Shown here piece by piece: positions 60,619-64,000 of a stretch of 64,000 bases of DNA. How positions within the stretch are numbered: position 1 is the stretch's first letter; each line of letters starts with the position of its first letter. The notes beneath the pieces were generated by a model. That model was not told the origin of the DNA, searched no databases, and worked only from the letters and a program-made list of their open reading frames with translations. Source of the DNA: Negativicutes bacterium (GTDB taxonomy: Bacteria > Bacillota > Negativicutes > UBA1444); NCBI GenBank assembly GCA_963665275.2, contig CAXXIN010000018.1, positions 320,001 through 384,000 on the forward strand, written 5' to 3'. A program made the translations under genes and the position numbers.

Positions 60619-61534
60619 AATGCTGGAATTTCAGATCGATTCTGATGCGCATGAACAACGATTGGATGTTTTTTTAACAGCGAACGTTCAGGCGGTGACC
60701 CGCTCTTTCATACAGCGATTGATTACGGAGGGGCAGGCCTGTGTCAATGGGAAAATCCGGACCAAGACCGGGTATAGTTTGACAGTAGGCGACTTTGTTC
60801 AATTGAAATTGCCCGAACCGGTCTGCTCTGAAGTTTCACCGGAAGCCATTCCTCTGGACATCCTGTTTGAAGATGATCAAATGGCGGTAATCAATAAAGC
60901 CCGGGGCATGGTGGTCCATCCTGCGGCGGGGAATCAGAGGGGAACACTAGTGAATGCACTGCTTTCCCATTGTCAGGATCTCTCAGGCATCAACGGGGTT
61001 ATTCGACCGGGGATTGTTCATCGTTTGGACAAGGATACCTCCGGTGTCATGCTGGTCGCAAAAACAGATCAGGCGCACGTTTCGTTGGCGGAGCAAATCA
61101 AAGCCCATACGGCGGGGCGTATGTATCTGGCTGTCGTACACGGGAATTTCGCGCAGGAAGAGGGGCGTATCGAAGGCGCGATTGGGCGTAACCCCAAGGA
61201 CCGCAAAAAAATGTCGATTGTGCACCAGGGAGGCAAAGCCGCGGTCACTCATTTCAAAGTCTTGGAACGAATTGGTCGCTTCAGTTTGCTATCCTGTGCT
61301 CTTGAAACGGGACGAACGCATCAGATTCGGGTTCATTTGTCATCGATTGGACATCCAGTTGTCGGTGATCCGAAATACGGCCCGACGCCAACCGGATTTT
61401 CGATCAAAGGACAGGCGCTGCACTCCTCGCAGATTCATTTCAAACATCCGCGAACCGACGAAGAAATGACTTTTTCGGCAGCCTTGCCGCAAGATATGTT
61501 GGATTTGCTGGAGAAATTGCGACACTCCAGATAA
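60611..61534 (+). CDS. rluD: RluA/RluD family pseudouridine synthase
   Basis: S4 domain, HRLDKDTSG, TGRTHQIRVH. Confidence 0.92.
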   Translation: MDEMLEFQIDSDAHEQRLDVFLTANVQAVTRSFIQRLITEGQACVNGKIRTKTGYSLTVGDFVQLKLPEPVCSEVSPEAIPLDILFEDDQMAVINKARGMVVHPAAGNQRGTLVNALLSHCQDLSGINGVIRPGIVHRLDKDTSGVMLVAKTDQAHVSLAEQIKAHTAGRMYLAVVHGNFAQEEGRIEGAIGRNPKDRKKMSIVHQGGKAAVTHFKVLERIGRFSLLSCALETGRTHQIRVHLSSIGHPVVGDPKYGPTPTGFSIKGQALHSSQIHFKHPRTDEEMTFSAALPQDMLDLLEKLRHSR

Positions 61535-62110
<576 letters not shown>

Positions 62111-62114
62111 CTTT

Positions 62115-63879
62115 TTACTGCATCAGGCGGGCAACCGTCGATGCTTCGGGGGTGACCCTGAGCGTCTTCTGCTTTTCGTAGATTACGAACCCAGGTTTAG
62201 CGCCTGAAGGCTTTTTGACATATCTTCGTTCGGTGTAATCCACCGGCACATTGGCTGATTCACGGGCTTTGGAAAACCAGGCGGCGATATGCGCCGCCAT
62301 TTCAATGTCATCGTTCAATGCCGGACTACTGGCGCTTCTCAGGATGACATGGGAACCGGGAATATCTTTGGTATGAAACCAGAAATCTCGCGGTTGGGCT
62401 GTTTTGAAGGTTACCAGATCGTTTTGACGATTATTTCGTCCCACAAAGAGCACGGATCCAGAGGGCAATAGGATTTTGCGAGGCTCCGAGGGCTTGGCGG
62501 CAGGACGGGAACGGCCGGCTTTCTGCATGTATCCGGCTTCAACGAGCTCCTGGATTATTTCCAGCAATTCCTGACGGGTAACGGTTTCGCTCAAAGAGAG
62601 CGCGACACTTTCCAGATAAAGAGTGTCTTCCCGGCATTGGGTAATCTGTTTTTGAATCAACTCCTGGGCGCGTTTGGCACGGGAGTATTTTTTGTAATAA
62701 CGCTGTACATTCGCCATCGGCGAAAGCGACGGATCCAGTGGTATATCTACCATCGGCTGCCTTCGGTCATCGGCTGCTAATTCTGAGAACAAATCCGGAA
62801 CCTGAATCTGCGATTGCCCTACGGTCATCAAATGCAGGCTGGCCATCAGCAAGTCAGCGTTGTGACGATAATCATCCGCATTTTGCGACTCAAGGAGTTC
62901 CTGTTTCAGCAGCGCCAACTTGCGCTCTGCTTTTTCGAGCTCGGTTTTGACGCGGCGCAGCGTTTCCTGATGTGCAGTAGTCTTGGGCGCAGCAGTGAGA
63001 GTGGCGGCGTATGCTATGGCGTCATTCAGTGATGGAAACTCGCGAAGCTCAGGCGCATCCAGATGGGTTGGCTTGAACGTGGCAACGGCCAGCAGGTTGC
63101 CGGAGTCATCAAGGGCTGCATAGGCCGGTGTGGGTAACGCAGAATACGGGGCGATAAAGGAACGCAGCGCGGCGGACAGGGCCAACTGATCATGGTCGCT
63201 AAGAATTCCAGAGAGTTGTGTTCCTTTCAAACCGGACCGGAACAATATTTCTGCGACTCCGAAAGGGCCGATTCCTTCGATTGCCGCCATCAGTGATTTC
63301 GTTAGGGTCAGGGTTGGAAACTGAGTCAGAGCCTTAACCATTTCTTCCGACCTTACCTGAAGCGGATTCAGACGGGGACGGACCGGGGGGTGGGACATAG
63401 GCGATGCCCGGCACGATTTGGCGTACCCGGCTGGTATTGAGGCCGACCCTTCGGGCTGCATCAATAATTATCCCATCAAAACACAAGATCAAATTACTGT
63501 TCTTCCCAGCCAACTCGATGGTTAGAGTTTTGGTATCGATTTTGCCCAAACCGTCCCGGATATCAATTTGCAGATGCAGGACCCGGTCAAGGCCCTCCTG
63601 CTGAGTGACGGCCGCGATACGCCCGTCGAGCAGGTGCTTCCGCAGCAACATGCAGAGTGAGGAGGGATCGGGGGGATTCTCGCGGGATTCTTGCGTGAGA
63701 TGCATCCGGGGATCGCCGGGGTCGATGGAAATAGCTAGGGCGTAATCTCGATCTGTTTGTCTGATTTTGAGCACAAAAAGATAACGGGTCGGTTGCAGAA
63801 TTTTTTCAATCCGGCCGCCTGCCAGTTTTTGGTCGAGTTCGGATGCAAGTGTGTAAACGGAAAGTCCTTCAATATTCAT
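62115..63879 (-). CDS. rqcH: RqcH/FbpA (NFACT) ribosome quality control protein, one +1 frameshift near 63385-63390
   Basis: N-part MLLRKHL..DRVL..ELAGKNSN; C-part VGRNNRQND, WFHTKDIPGSHV, KPSGAKPG; removing 1 nt gives 587 aa. Confidence 0.9.
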
Positions 63880-64000
63880 ACGTTATTTAGTATATCATCG
63901 TATCGTCCAGCCGTCACCCGCAGATTCCTGCAGTCTTGTTCAGGAAAGCTCCCGGATTTGATATAATGACTCTGAAACAGGAGATTTCTCATCGATAGAG

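Overview
Mostly core chromosome of an anaerobic Firmicute (T-boxes, L20 leader, SigH-type promoters; Negativicutes-like is my inference). Order: end of an accessory block (arylsulfatase, DUF2252, truncated MBL hydrolase) that abuts an orphan 3' fragment of thrS; yigZ and a REC-HATPase gene; infC(ATT start)-rpmI-rplT; class II aldolase; K+ uptake locus ktrB-ktrA-kimA-ktrA; trmH, yqzL-like mini-gene, T-box pheST, zapA, U32, mutS2; nagZ/PBP1A; yebC-ruvCAB-queH-spoIID-like-queA-tgt-yajC-PP2C-secDF; nrdR-nrdD-nrdG; radical SAM-pgeF-yggS-sepF-proC-ylmH-divIVA-yggU; larA, gap; Val T-box ilv operon; queG-like; T-box ileS-lspA-rluD-pyrR; rqcH. Most notable: a 484-aa Ser1/Ser+1 intein with a decayed LAGLIDADG domain in NrdD; the thrS 3' remnant as a likely island boundary; kimA with an apparent ACG start codon between duplicated ktrA genes; a 34-aa ORF derived from a duplicated ilvC 5' end; a GapB-type GAPDH. 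Six +1 frameshifts (4 in ruvB) look like sequencing errors. No rRNA, tRNA, CRISPR array, integrase or transposase was seen, and I cannot support a wholly new multi-gene system from the sequence alone. All family assignments are from motif recognition by eye, not database searches.
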